A DNA stretch of 56,026 nucleotides from a bacterium (GTDB taxonomy: Bacteria > Patescibacteriota > Doudnabacteria > UBA920), in NCBI GenBank assembly GCA_021847435.1, contig JAJZRC010000002.1, forward strand, positions 1-56,026, given 5' to 3'. Position numbers and translations under genes: made by a program. Every line of letters starts with the position of its first letter. Position 1 is the stretch's first letter. Shown here piece by piece: positions 1 through 7,465 of this stretch. The notes beneath the pieces were generated by a model, which had not been told where the DNA came from, made no database searches, and worked only from the letters and a program-made list of their open reading frames with translations.

Positions 1-99
1 TTTAAGAATTGAAGGTTTCTTTATTTTTTGAGAGCCAAAAACAACAGTCTCCAATTTTTTTACTCTCTCGGCCAAATTTTTTAACTGATGATCATTCAT
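1..99 (-). CDS. hypothetical protein, 5' end only (runs off window start)
   Basis: ATG at 99 on the minus strand, open to position 1 (MNDHQLKNLAERVKKLETVVFGSQKIKKPSILK...). It starts 12 nt after the stop of the 112..474 ORF. No family recognised. Confidence 0.3.
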   Translation of the reverse strand, partial: MNDHQLKNLAERVKKLETVVFGSQKIKKPSILK

Positions 100-111
100 A
101 TGGTTGTTTAA

Positions 112-474
112 TTAATGCACATAGAGCCATCTTTTTTTGTCTTTAATTCTCCTGAGGTAACGCTTCCTAACCAACCGTAATAAGGCTGGGGAAAGAGTGG
201 TCACTGGGTAGTAATGACCCTGTTCCTCAAGTGCCAGTTTTATTGAACTAAGCTCTTTGGGCTTTTTAAAGAAATTTCCATCTATAAGTTCAGATATTAA
301 ATTTACTGGGGTGGCTTTGGGTCGGCTTTTATGTTTAGGTTCATCTCTAGCCTGTAATGAGCGTACATTGCCAGTTTTAAATTGGCTAACCATTATAGCT
401 ACTTCGCCTGGTGTACCTTCAACCGTAATTTTTACGCCGTTTTTTGTAATAATGTGCGCTTTTGCCATATTCAA
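112..474 (-). CDS. hypothetical protein (120 aa), basic C-terminus, possibly winged-helix-like
   Basis: ORF track entry. Compositionally protein-like, with no competing ORF of similar quality. No motif recognised. Confidence 0.5.
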   Translation of the reverse strand: MNMAKAHIITKNGVKITVEGTPGEVAIMVSQFKTGNVRSLQARDEPKHKSRPKATPVNLISELIDGNFFKKPKELSSIKLALEEQGHYYPVTTLSPALLRLVRKRYLRRIKDKKRWLYVH

Positions 475-573
475 GTATTCAATTTAATTACATAAAAAGA
501 ATATATGAATATAGGACAGAAGTCAAGGACGTCGATAGGTGTATATTATTTTATTAAAATGGAATTTACTTAT

Positions 574-598
574 AAACAAAAACACCCGCTGGAGCGGG
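574..598 (-). terminator. intrinsic terminator downstream of tRNA-Trp
   Basis: Hairpin CCCGC-TGGA-GCGGG (585..598), followed on the minus strand by TGTTTTTGTTT. Confidence 0.55.
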
Positions 599-661
599 CA
601 TCTTTGTTTTGATCAAGGCATCAAATATCGAGGCCTCTCGGTAACTCGATAAAAAATGTCT

Positions 662-735
662 TGGCAGGGGCGGTAGGAATCGAACCCACGTAAACCGATT
701 TGGAGTCGGTTGTATTACCACTATACGACGCCCCC
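662..735 (-). tRNA. tRNA-Trp (anticodon CCA)
   Basis: Hand-folded cloverleaf: acceptor GGGGGCG/CGCCCCT, anticodon stem ACCGA/TCGGT with loop CTCCAAA, T arm GTGGG-TTCGATT-CCTAC, encoded CCA end. Confidence 0.9.
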
Positions 736-814
736 ATAAGACAAGAATCAAGAATTTAGAATCAGGAATTAAGCATTCTAATTCATAATTCGTACTTCTT
801 GATTCTTATTTCAT

Positions 815-970
815 TTATTTCGTTTCTTTGTGCAGGGTCTTTTTTTTGCAGTGCTTGCAGAATTTTTGCAATTCCAAGCGCTTTTGGGTATTCTTTTTGT
901 TCTTTTTGGTGTGGTAATTCAAATTGTGGCACACCGTGCATTCCAGGTTGATCAAATGGTCTTGCGACAT
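815..970 (-). CDS. rpmG: 50S ribosomal protein L33
   Basis: [51 protein letters not shown] has the L33 pattern (CxxC ... NY.T.KNK ... LEL.K.C..C.K.T.HKE.K). ATG at 970. The longer track ORF (to 1165) reads through a palindromic repeat. Confidence 0.85.
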   Translation of the reverse strand: MSQDHLINLECTVCHNLNYHTKKNKKNTQKRLELQKFCKHCKKKTLHKETK

Positions 971-990
971 AGGTAGTTTTTTAATGATAT

Positions 991-1024
991 TTTCCGCCGG
1001 AGGCGGATCCGCCTCCGGCGGAAA
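991..1024. repeat. perfect 34 nt palindrome TTTCCGCCGGAGGCGGA|TCCGCCTCCGGCGGAAA
   Basis: Read directly. A near-identical copy lies at 47800..47831. The core TCCGCC-N3-GGCGGA also occurs at 43079..43093 and in degenerate form at 1278..1292. Confidence 0.85.
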
Positions 1025-1190
1025 TAATTTATGATTGAAAGATTTAAGATTTTCTTGGGCGTCAAGAAAATCTATATTTATACCTCGTAGATCCATACTG
1101 AAGTATATAAGTCCGACTTCGTGCAAGGCTTCGTCGGACAGCCTTCTTATAAATTCTTCTGGCATAGCCAGCCGAAACTTTAGTGAAGGC

Positions 1191-1266
1191 TGGAGCCGGC
1201 TGTCGGACTCGAACCGACCACCTACGGTTTACAAAACCGTTGCTCTACCGGATGAGCTAAGCCGGC
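1191..1266 (-). tRNA. tRNA-Thr (anticodon TGT)
   Basis: GCCGGCTTAGCTCATCCGGTAGAGCAACGGTTTTGTAAACCGTAGGTGGTCGGTTCGAGTCCGACAGCCGGCTCCA. Anticodon loop TTTGTAA, canonical T arm, encoded CCA. Confidence 0.9.
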
Positions 1267-1396
1267 GGGTATGGCTTATGCCGGATGATCCGCTTGAGGC
1301 GGACAACCACTTTTTGTTTGTGGGACTTTGCCAAACTTTTGGTATTTTAACACATTTCCCTGTTTTTTTCAATGTCCCGGCTTTTCCCAAAGATAT

Positions 1397-1425
1397 TTGG
1401 GGAATTTGCCGCAGTTTGTTATAAT
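1397..1425 (+). promoter_or_regulatory. sigma70-type promoter for ahcY (TTGGGG-17-TATAAT, TGT upstream of -10)
   Basis: Spacer counted at 17 nt. About 30 nt upstream of the ahcY ATG. Confidence 0.5.
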
Positions 1426-1458
1426 TAATTGCAAATCCGCAATCATTAAAGTTTTTTC

Positions 1459-2709
1459 ATGCACAAAGTTAAAAATATCAAACTGGCCAGGCAGGGCGAA
1501 ATAAATATTTCCCTGGCTGAGCGCGAAATGCCGGTAATGCGCGAAATTACCGAAGAATTCAAAAAGAACAAGCCGTTCAAAAATATGACAGTGGCGGCGT
1601 GCCTGCACGTAACCAAGGAGACTGCGGTTTTAGCCAAGGCTCTGGCCGCGGGCGGAGCGGAAGTGGTGGTGGCCGGCTCCAATCCCCTTTCTACCCAGGA
1701 CGATGTTGCTGCGGCTCTGGCCCGGAGCGGCATAAACGTATTTGCCTGGAAAGGCATTTCCAATAAGGACTACTACTGGTGCTTGAATAAGGTTTTAGAT
1801 TTTAAACCACAACTGACCATAGACGACGGCGCGGACTTGATTTCTTTAATTCACAGCGAGCGCAAGGAACTTTTAAAAACTGTGCTTGCAGGTCAGGAAG
1901 AAACTACCACCGGGGTTATTCGCCTTAAGGCCATGGCCAATGACGGAGCTTTGAAATATCCGGTGGTGGCGATTAATGACACGCCCACCAAGCACATGTT
2001 CGATAATTATTACGGTACCGGCCAATCTACCATGGACGGGCTTATGCGCGCCATGAACGTATTGATTTCCGGCAAAGTCGTGGTGGTGGCTGGCTACGGC
2101 TATTGCGGCCGCGGCATGGCGTTAAGAGCCCACGGCCTTGGCGCGAGGGTTATTGTTACCGAAGTTGAGCCGCTGCAGGCGCTGAAAGCGGCCATGGACA
2201 GTTTTGAGGTCATGCCCATGAAAAAGGCGGCTGCTTTGGGCGACATTTTCCTGACCGCCACCGGCGACAAGGATGTAATTACGGCAGAGCATATGAAGCT
2301 GATGAAAGACGGCGCTATTTTGGGAAACAGCGGACATTTTAACGTGGAGATTAACGTGCCGGATTTGGCAAAGCTCTCAAAATCTCATCGCCAGGTCAGG
2401 GACCAGGTGGAAGAATATGCGCTTAAGTCCGGCCGGCATTTGTACTTGATTGCCGAAGGCCGGCTGATGAACCTGGCCGCGGCCGAGGGCCACCCTTCCG
2501 CGGTAATGGACTTGTCATTTGCCGACCAGGCGCTGACCGCGGCCTGGCTTGCCAAGAATCATAAAAATTTGCGCGCTGGCGTACACAACGTTCCCCGGGA
2601 AATTGACGAGCGGGTCTCCCGCTTAAAGCTGGAAGCTTTGGGAATTAAAATAGATGTTTTAACCCCGGCTCAGAAAAAATACCTTTCTTCCTGGCAAGAA
2701 GGAACCTAA
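1459..2709 (+). CDS. ahcY: adenosylhomocysteinase (S-adenosyl-L-homocysteine hydrolase)
   Basis: 416 aa. Has DDGADL, EETTTGV..RL, INDTPTKHMFDNYYGTGQS..DG and the NAD-binding GYGYCGRG motif typical of AhcY. Confidence 0.95.
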   Translation: MHKVKNIKLARQGEINISLAEREMPVMREITEEFKKNKPFKNMTVAACLHVTKETAVLAKALAAGGAEVVVAGSNPLSTQDDVAAALARSGINVFAWKGISNKDYYWCLNKVLDFKPQLTIDDGADLISLIHSERKELLKTVLAGQEETTTGVIRLKAMANDGALKYPVVAINDTPTKHMFDNYYGTGQSTMDGLMRAMNVLISGKVVVVAGYGYCGRGMALRAHGLGARVIVTEVEPLQALKAAMDSFEVMPMKKAAALGDIFLTATGDKDVITAEHMKLMKDGAILGNSGHFNVEINVPDLAKLSKSHRQVRDQVEEYALKSGRHLYLIAEGRLMNLAAAEGHPSAVMDLSFADQALTAAWLAKNHKNLRAGVHNVPREIDERVSRLKLEALGIKIDVLTPAQKKYLSSWQEGT

Positions 2710-2723
2710 AGATATATACGAAC

Positions 2724-2763
2724 AAGGCGCGGACATTGTCGGGTTCCGCGCCTTTTGGTTTTT
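2724..2763. terminator. bidirectional intrinsic terminator between convergent ahcY and truB
   Basis: 10 bp stem AAGGCGCGGA/TCCGCGCCTT followed by TTTTGGTTTTT. Confidence 0.7.
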
Positions 2764-2768
2764 GCTGT

Positions 2769-3524
2769 TTAGACCTTTTCTGAATTTTGCAGGAGGTAAC
2801 GGCCAACAGATGTTCTTGTTAAATTGTACAGCAGCGCGGGGCAGCGGGCTTCTTTACCCGCAAAGTGGGCCAGGCTGCGGATGTACGAGCCGCTTGAGCA
2901 GCTGACAGCGAATGCCGCTAAAAGAAAATTCCCATTCTTCTTCAAACTGCTTCGCCATGATTTTATAATTTTTTCTTGGCGGAAGTCTCCCCTGACCTTT
3001 TGAACATCGCTTAGAGTTCGTTTAAGGACGCGGCCGGCCGAAATGCGCCGGCATTTAAAGTTTGTAATCCGTCCAAAATTCATTGTCCGTTTTAATCCGT
3101 CTTCCTGCCCCAGCCGGCCGGCGCGCGCATGCACAAAAGAAGGTAATCCTTTTACCGGAATGGATGAATACACCGGCGCCTGCAGTGTTTTTTGCTTTGC
3201 AGCCTTCGTCAGGGCCGAGCGGATTCGGGCCGCATCCGGAACATCCTTGCTGGTTTTGGCAATAATTCCGAGCCGGTCAAAGGTATCCGTGCTTATTCCA
3301 AATAAGACTTCCGCCCTGTAGGTTTTCGGAAGTTTTAAGTACTTGCCTTTTTCTTTAACTTTATCTCCGGCCAGCAGCAGCAATACGCCCTGGGCCATTG
3401 GATCCAGGCGCCCGGCGTAGGTTATTTTAAGATTTTGGGGCAATTTCCTTTTTTTCCGGAGCTTTTCTAAAGCCTCAAGCGGCGTTAGGCCCAGCGGTTT
3501 AAAAATGGCGTATATTTGCTTCAT
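2769..3524 (-). CDS. truB: tRNA pseudouridine(55) synthase TruB
   Basis: 251 aa. Catalytic motif AGRLDPMAQGVLLLL (GxLDP.A.GvL) and overall TruB layout. Confidence 0.85.
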   Translation of the reverse strand: MKQIYAIFKPLGLTPLEALEKLRKKRKLPQNLKITYAGRLDPMAQGVLLLLAGDKVKEKGKYLKLPKTYRAEVLFGISTDTFDRLGIIAKTSKDVPDAARIRSALTKAAKQKTLQAPVYSSIPVKGLPSFVHARAGRLGQEDGLKRTMNFGRITNFKCRRISAGRVLKRTLSDVQKVRGDFRQEKIIKSWRSSLKKNGNFLLAAFAVSCSSGSYIRSLAHFAGKEARCPALLYNLTRTSVGRYLLQNSEKV

Positions 3525-3549
3525 GGCATCTGCATTATATCAAGTCAAG

Positions 3550-3586
3550 GCAATAATAAAATGGATGGCTATAACGCATCCATTTT
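3550..3586 (-). terminator. intrinsic terminator downstream of the tRNA-Tyr locus
   Basis: 10 bp stem AAAATGGATG/CATCCATTTT (3558..3586), followed on the minus strand by a T-rich run. Confidence 0.55.
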
Positions 3587-3590
3587 ATTA

Positions 3591-3833
3591 TGGTGGGCAG
3601 GGCGGAATTTTCACCCCAACACTTTTAAATAAAAAACAATCTGGTGCAGGGAGTAGGATTCGAACCTACGTAGCCGAAAGGCGCCTGATTTACAGTCAGG
3701 TGTAATTGACCGCTCTACCATCCCTGCAACAGAATATCTTCTATTTAATTTTTAAAGTGTCGGGGCGGGTTTGCGTAGCCAAATGGCGACAGATTTACAG
3801 TCTGGCGTAATTGACCGCTCTACCACCTGCCCG
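3591..3833 (-). pseudogene. second tRNA-Tyr-like gene interrupted in its T-arm region by a ~170 nt insert that carries the intact tRNA-Tyr
   Basis: The 5' part (3833->3765) is GGGCAGG-TGGTAGAGCGGTCAATTAC-GCCAGACTGTAAATCTGTC-GCCATTTGGCTAC. Its D arm is identical to the inner gene, it has anticodon GTA, and no T arm follows. The 3' part (3601->3591) is CCTGCCC-A-CCA, exactly complementary to the acceptor 5' strand. The insert ends are an inverted repeat (3614..3630 / 3748..3765). Confidence 0.5.
3642..3727 (-). tRNA. tRNA-Tyr (anticodon GTA), long variable arm
   Basis: GCAGGGATGGTAGAGCGGTCAATTACACCTGACTGTAAATCAGGCGCCTTTCGGCTACGTAGGTTCGAATCCTACTCCCTGCACCA. All arms are canonical, with G1-C72, A73 and encoded CCA. 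Confidence 0.9.
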
Positions 3834-3890
3834 TATAAAGATTTAACTTAGGATATTCTACCACTTTTCTGTAAAAATATCAACCCCGAA

Positions 3891-4589
3891 CTATTTTTTT
3901 ACCAAAAGTCCCGCTGCCAAACCAGCAGCCAGGGCGGTACCGCCGATCATTAACATTCTAAGGCCCGATTTTAATGCGGGCTGTTTGGTATACTTTGTAG
4001 TTCCCGCTCCCAAAATCATCAGTCCGGCCAGAGTCATGGCTATGGAGATGAGTATTGCTTTGTCGATATCAAAAATAAAATATGCGAACAAAGGTATCGC
4101 GCCCCCCATGACATAGGCAAAAAACATGTAAACACCCCCCTTTGCAGAGGTGGGTTTTTTTTGCGGCAGGACTCCGAGTTCGCGCAAAGCCATTTCTTTC
4201 AGCATTAGCTGCGGGTTTTGCGCCGCGGTTTCGGACATGGCGACTGCCAGATGCTCGGGCCAGCCGTCTTTTTGGTACATTTTTTTCAGCAGGGATTTTT
4301 CCGAAACCAGGGAATTTTGAATTTCCTGCTCTTCTTCCCACAATTTTCTCTTGTCTACTTCTTCCTGGGAGCGGTTAGACAAAAATGAACCAATCCCCAT
4401 TGAAATTGATTCAACAGCGATAATCACTATCCCCGCGAGTATTACAGTGTAATGATCCCGGCTGCCTACGGCAATTCCGGTGATGGAACCCAAGGTGGAC
4501 ACCATGCCGTCTTCCATGCCAAAAACTATTTCGCGCAGTAGGGAGGCAATTTGGGAATTTTGATGATGGATATAGCCAGTATTTTGCAT
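3891..4589 (-). CDS. VIT1/CCC1-family iron/manganese transporter
   Basis: 232 aa from the ATG at 4589. Has REIVFGMEDGMVSTLGSITG and a C-terminal multi-TM region typical of the VIT family. The upstream part of the track ORF overlaps a tRNA gene and is not coding. Confidence 0.75.
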   Translation of the reverse strand: MQNTGYIHHQNSQIASLLREIVFGMEDGMVSTLGSITGIAVGSRDHYTVILAGIVIIAVESISMGIGSFLSNRSQEEVDKRKLWEEEQEIQNSLVSEKSLLKKMYQKDGWPEHLAVAMSETAAQNPQLMLKEMALRELGVLPQKKPTSAKGGVYMFFAYVMGGAIPLFAYFIFDIDKAILISIAMTLAGLMILGAGTTKYTKQPALKSGLRMLMIGGTALAAGLAAGLLVKK

Positions 4590-4718
4590 TGGATTTTTGA
4601 TGGATTTTCTTCTGTAAAAAGGCCTAAGCCGGGAAAGACCCGTTGATCCTACTGTACTATTTATTATTCCTTTTATCAAGTTTTTTTGAAAAGATGGCAA
4701 ACAAAAAACCCGACAACC

Positions 4719-4794
4719 TGGAGCCGTTGTCCGGATTTGAACCGGAGACCTACTCCTTACCATGGAGTTGCTCTACCAACTGAGCTACAACGGC
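4719..4794 (-). tRNA. tRNA-Thr (anticodon GGT)
   Basis: GCCGTTGTAGCTCAGTTGGTAGAGCAACTCCATGGTAAGGAGTAGGTCTCCGGTTCAAATCCGGACAACGGCTCCA. Anticodon loop ATGGTAA, encoded CCA. Confidence 0.9.
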
Positions 4795-4824
4795 GCAAAA
4801 TTGTCGGGTTTTTTTTAAAAGCAA

Positions 4825-5661
4825 TTAAGCGTATTTATTCAGTTTTTCCTTGATAGCCTGATTTTCCGGATCTATTTTCCGAGCTTCCAGCAGCGCTTCT
4901 TTTGCCTGCTGCTTTTCGCCAATTTTCATTAGCGCATGCGCGAGGCTTAAGTGGTATTTGATATTCCTGTGTTCCAGGCTGATGGCCTGGCGAAAACTGT
5001 TGACCGCTTTTTGGTGCTCCCCTGCCGAATCCAGACTTAGGCCTAAGTTATAATAGCGGTTTGGCTGAGTAGAATCAAGTCCCAGGGATTTTTGGTAGTG
5101 CTCCACGGCTTTGGCATAATTTTTTGTACAGTAATAGCAGTAAGCCAGCCGCGCCTGGAAGTCCGGGTTTGCCGGTTCGTGCCCTGCCAGGTAGAGGTAT
5201 ACATCTTTGGCGTCAGAGAAGTTTTCCTGGTCGAGATAGAATTTACCCAAGGCGTCGTAGTGGAGCAGGTTTTTGGGCTGCAGCTTAATAATATCCAAAT
5301 AGTACTGTTCGTTCTTGACTTCATGTGTAGTCAGCGGGGGCTGCGCGGCAGGTTTTTTTTGTTCCGTGGCTGACCTGTTGAATATTTTTTTCATCCGGTA
5401 GCCGGCAGATGAATGAGGTTTCAGGTCTTTGGCTTCCAGAATGAATATCCAGGTTTTTTTCACCCAAAACCTCAGGCCGCTGCGGATTTTAGACAGAGCT
5501 TCCGCCGGCAGGCCCTTGGCGGCCAGTTTTTCGCTGGCCGAAGGCTGGGCGGCTTCCCTCTGCCTTTGGGCAGCGGCTTCCGGCAAGTGTTTCAGTACAA
5601 TTAACAGTATGCCCAGAACAGAAAAAAGAAATATGAAGTTTGGAATAATTTGGTAAGACAA
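4825..5661 (-). CDS. membrane-anchored TPR-repeat protein
   Basis: 278 aa. N-terminal hydrophobic helix, and a C-terminal half with repeated 34-residue A/Y/L-patterned TPR-like units (YYNLGLSL..G....A...F..A). Confidence 0.65.
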   Translation of the reverse strand: MSYQIIPNFIFLFSVLGILLIVLKHLPEAAAQRQREAAQPSASEKLAAKGLPAEALSKIRSGLRFWVKKTWIFILEAKDLKPHSSAGYRMKKIFNRSATEQKKPAAQPPLTTHEVKNEQYYLDIIKLQPKNLLHYDALGKFYLDQENFSDAKDVYLYLAGHEPANPDFQARLAYCYYCTKNYAKAVEHYQKSLGLDSTQPNRYYNLGLSLDSAGEHQKAVNSFRQAISLEHRNIKYHLSLAHALMKIGEKQQAKEALLEARKIDPENQAIKEKLNKYA

Positions 5662-5778
5662 GCGGGGAATTCCTGACTTTTCTTTGCAAACCTATTAACT
5701 AAAAAAACCAATATCTGACAATAGGCTAATAGGCCTAAGAATTTTATTGATGATATTTTTATTATATCATCTAAAAAA

Positions 5779-6360
5779 CTAATTCCCTAATACGAACCTC
5801 GCAAATCTTTTAACCTGCACGTTCTCCCCCATTTTAGCGACAGCCTGGGCGACAAAATCTTTGACTTTTACATCCGGATTTTTCACGAAAGGCTGTTCCA
5901 ATAAGCAGGCCTCTTCGTAGTATTTGGCAATTTTCCCTTCCAGGATTTTATTTATCACATCTTCCGGCTTGCCCTTCACCTGTTCCTTATAGATTTCCTT
6001 TTCTTTTTCCACAACTTCAGCCGGCACGTCCGCGATGCCGACATACAGCGGATTGGCTGCCGCAATATGCAGGGCCAGTTCTTTAGCCAGGTTTTTGAAG
6101 TCTTCGGTGCGGGCCACGAAATCAGTTTCGCAGTTCACTTCTACTAGCACCCCGACCCGGCTGCCCGGATGGATGTAGGTTTCAATGAGGCCTTCTTTAG
6201 CGACGCGGTCGGATTTTTTTCCCATTTTCAGGGCGCCTTTTTTTCGGAGCAGCTCAACGGTTTTTTCTTTGTCGTTGCCGGTTTCATTTAAGGCCTGCTT
6301 GATTTCCAAAATCCCGGCCCCGGTTAGCTCCCTAAGTTCTTTTATAAGGTCTTGTGACAT
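5779..6360 (-). CDS. tsf: translation elongation factor Ts (short form)
   Basis: 193 aa. N-terminal UBA-like LIKELRELTGAGILEIKQAL, then LRKKG and the core EVNCETDFVAR. Confidence 0.9.
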   Translation of the reverse strand: MSQDLIKELRELTGAGILEIKQALNETGNDKEKTVELLRKKGALKMGKKSDRVAKEGLIETYIHPGSRVGVLVEVNCETDFVARTEDFKNLAKELALHIAAANPLYVGIADVPAEVVEKEKEIYKEQVKGKPEDVINKILEGKIAKYYEEACLLEQPFVKNPDVKVKDFVAQAVAKMGENVQVKRFARFVLGN

Positions 6361-6384
6361 AATAGAATTTAAAATTTTTAATTT

Positions 6385-7104
6385 TTATTGCTTGGCGTCT
6401 TCTTTAACGACGGTTTGCGCCTGGCGGCCGTCGCTGACTGAGCTGGCGATTGCGTCTGCCATTATTTTTACGGCTTTGGTTGCGTCGTCATTGCAGGGAA
6501 TTACATAGTCAATGCCATCAGGGCTGCAGTTGGTGTCTACCAGGCCGATGATTTTAACTTTGCTTTTCTGGGCTTCCTTGACCGCAATGTCGTCGTGTTT
6601 TACGTCGGTTACAAAAATGGCCTCGGGGAGTTTTTTCATGTTCTGGATGCCTTCGAACAGCTTTTTGAGCTTTTCGATTTCGCGTTCCACCATAAGGCGT
6701 TCCTTTTTGGTGTAATGGCTGGCCAGTTCCCCGGAGGCTTTCATGTTTTCCAGTTTTTCCAGTTTGCGGATAGTGCGCTGGATGGTTTTGAAATTGGTAA
6801 AGGTTCCGCCAAGCCAGCGGACGTTGACGTAAGGCATGCCGCAGCTTTGAGCCGCTTCTTTTACGATTTCCTTGGTCTGGCGCTTGGTGCCCACAAACAG
6901 CATTGCGCCGCCTTTGGCCGCCAGTTCGCCTGCGAACTTGGCAGCTTTAGCCAAACCCTGCTGGGTTTTTTCCAAATCCAGAATGTGGATGTTGTTGCGG
7001 ACCGTGTAAATGTACGGTTTCATTTTAGGATTCCACCGGGAAGTGGTGTGCCCAAAATGCGCGCCGCTTTTAAGCAACTCTAAAAGAGTCACGTCTTTTT
7101 TCAT
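6385..7104 (-). CDS. rpsB: 30S ribosomal protein S2
   Basis: 239 aa. LLKSGAHFGHTTSRWNPKM, the FVGTKRQ motif, and the conserved rpsB-tsf order. Confidence 0.95.
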   Translation of the reverse strand: MKKDVTLLELLKSGAHFGHTTSRWNPKMKPYIYTVRNNIHILDLEKTQQGLAKAAKFAGELAAKGGAMLFVGTKRQTKEIVKEAAQSCGMPYVNVRWLGGTFTNFKTIQRTIRKLEKLENMKASGELASHYTKKERLMVEREIEKLKKLFEGIQNMKKLPEAIFVTDVKHDDIAVKEAQKSKVKIIGLVDTNCSPDGIDYVIPCNDDATKAVKIMADAIASSVSDGRQAQTVVKEDAKQ

Positions 7105-7202
7105 ATACTTTCCTTTCTCACCTATTCCGCAAGCCCGTATTTTCCCTCAAGAAAATTGCGGGCAGGATAGTGTGCGGAATATGTTTGATTAATAATGACG
7201 AT

Positions 7203-7231
7203 ATTATAACAGGCCTTGACTTTTTTGGCAA
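7203..7231 (-). promoter_or_regulatory. sigma70-type promoter for rpsB-tsf (TTGCCA-17-TATAAT)
   Basis: Counted on the minus strand. The -10 is preceded by TGT. A ~95 nt leader with hairpin potential separates it from the ATG. Confidence 0.55.
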
Positions 7232-7244
7232 GAGGCGGTAAAAT
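7216..7244 (+). promoter_or_regulatory. sigma70-type promoter for rpmE (TTGACT-17-TAAAAT), overlapping the divergent rpsB promoter
   Basis: Spacer counted at 17 nt. The -35 elements of the two divergent promoters interdigitate. Confidence 0.5.
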
Positions 7245-7274
7245 TAGCCTAATTGTCTTATTTTAAGAGATTTA

Positions 7275-7440
7275 GGACTGAACGCATTGAGCCAAGTTCG
7301 AGGCATTTTCCGAGGATTTTTGGAGGCGTAGCCCCCGTTACGCCGATAAAAACCGAAAGACAAAATAACGAAGAAATTGGCCAAAGCCGCTTTTTGGGAA
7401 CTGGCTTTGCCAGTCTAAAAAAGCGGCGGTGCGTAAGTCC
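7275..7440 (+). mobile_element. MITE-like element, copy 1 (166 bp), in the rpmE 5' leader
   Basis: Termini GGACTGAACGCA...GTGCGTAAGTCC, with TA on both flanks. Aligns by eye along its whole length with 30350..30512 and, inverted, with 19661..19824. Confidence 0.75.
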
Positions 7441-7465
7441 TAAGATTATTTATTTAAATTTAACT

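Noticed and set aside
566-751. ORFs overlapping tRNA genes: 566..751, 1035..1424, and the N-terminal 58 codons of 3891..4763.
   Set aside because: The sequence folds into canonical tRNAs, and the ORFs are artefacts of open frames across the tRNA genes.
7253-7465. Upstream extensions of track ORFs: the rpmE ORF from 7253, the rpmG ORF to 1165, the rplY ORF to 12273, 30448..30512, and 19654..19857.
   Set aside because: The extensions read through repeat elements (MITE copies, the palindrome) or promoter DNA. The recognisable protein starts at an internal ATG in each case.
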